Positions 63,538 to 64,000 of a stretch of 64,000 nucleotides of DNA are shown in pieces. The position numbers and the translations under genes are program-made. The DNA lies in contig OZ252220.1 in assembly GCA_965249135.1 (NCBI GenBank), forward strand, positions 608,001 to 672,000, in the 5' to 3' direction. Position 1 is the first letter of the stretch; the number at the start of each line of letters is the position of its first letter. The notes beneath the pieces are model-generated. The model searched no databases. It saw nothing but the letters and a program-made list of their open reading frames with translations, and was not told where the DNA came from. The DNA is from Alphaproteobacteria bacterium. Its GTDB lineage: Bacteria > Pseudomonadota > Alphaproteobacteria > GCA-2746255.

Positions 63538-64000
63538 ATGTCATGGATCACGTCACGATCCAGCCTGAAGAACTGCTATGGAATAAAGGACCTCCAAAAG
63601 GACTTCGATTTTTCGAAGACGCGCGCCTATGCCCTATACGCGCCCAACGGTGTGATGAAGTCGTCTTTGGCCCAGACATTCCAAGACGCCGCTGATGACA
63701 AGGATTCTGAAGATCGTATCTTCAAAACGCGCAAGACTGTACGGAAGATCACAGACGAAGCGCGCCAGGACGTGGGCGGGTATCGCATACTGGTGGTGGC
63801 CCCTTATGACGAGCATCTCGGCCTCACGGAACAAACGTCTACTCTGCTTCTAGAACCAAGACTGAAGAAGGAGTTTGACGAATTGCTCCGCGCCACTGAA
63901 GAGGCCAAGGTGGCTCTTCTCAAGGCAATTCAAGCTCAATCGGGTTCCAAGAAGGATCTGGAAGTCGAGATATCGTCTGCGATCATGCCCACTAGCGTCG
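63538..64000 (+). CDS. ABC/SMC-like P-loop ATPase, N-terminal part (3'-partial)
   Basis: Frame 1 is open from ATG 63538 to the window end: ..LKNCYGIKDLQKDFDFSKTRAYALYAPNGVMKSSLAQTF..DRIF..; helical region follows; not in the ORF track because it has no stop in the window. Confidence 0.75.
   Translation, partial: MSWITSRSSLKNCYGIKDLQKDFDFSKTRAYALYAPNGVMKSSLAQTFQDAADDKDSEDRIFKTRKTVRKITDEARQDVGGYRILVVAPYDEHLGLTEQTSTLLLEPRLKKEFDELLRATEEAKVALLKAIQAQSGSKKDLEVEISSAIMPTSV

Noticed and set aside
62795-63544. ORF-track N-terminus MTYPSLPSP... as an alternative manC start
   Set aside because: Chance read-through into foreign DNA; it lacks the essential GGxGTRLW nucleotide-binding loop.

Overview
High-GC alphaproteobacterial chromosome segment, probably Rhodospirillales-like (inferred from gene order and protein style). 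Most of it is conserved housekeeping synteny: anmK/tyrS, yhdP/glnE-bcp, amiC-mrcA-prfB (with the programmed +1 frameshift), rne, aroQ-accB-accC-aat, two mlaD genes, class II ribonucleotide reductase with two NrdR boxes, clpS-clpA, galU-ugd-pgm, guaBA, rlmE, ppx, tRNA-Gln(CTG), psd-pssA and GDP-fucose genes. Less ordinary parts: (i) a soluble chemoreceptor joining a BdlA/AerC-type PAS to an Aer2-type haem PAS; (ii) an Ltp2/DUF35/MaoC/ACAD acyl-CoA module of unknown substrate; (iii) four small secreted proteins (two Sel1, one Rap1a/Tai-like, one ending in PWWKFW) beside the guaA 3' end, behind a tandem-repeat operator; (iv) a set of intergenic CtrA-like boxes; (v) at the right edge, manC is cut off at about 63451 by unrelated DNA that carries its own promoter and the start of a P-loop ATPase absent from the ORF track, a possible defence island boundary. 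Several single-base frameshifts (dac x2, gmd, manC, possibly the ATPase) could be long-read assembly errors or real decay. Family names come from motif recognition only; no searches were run.
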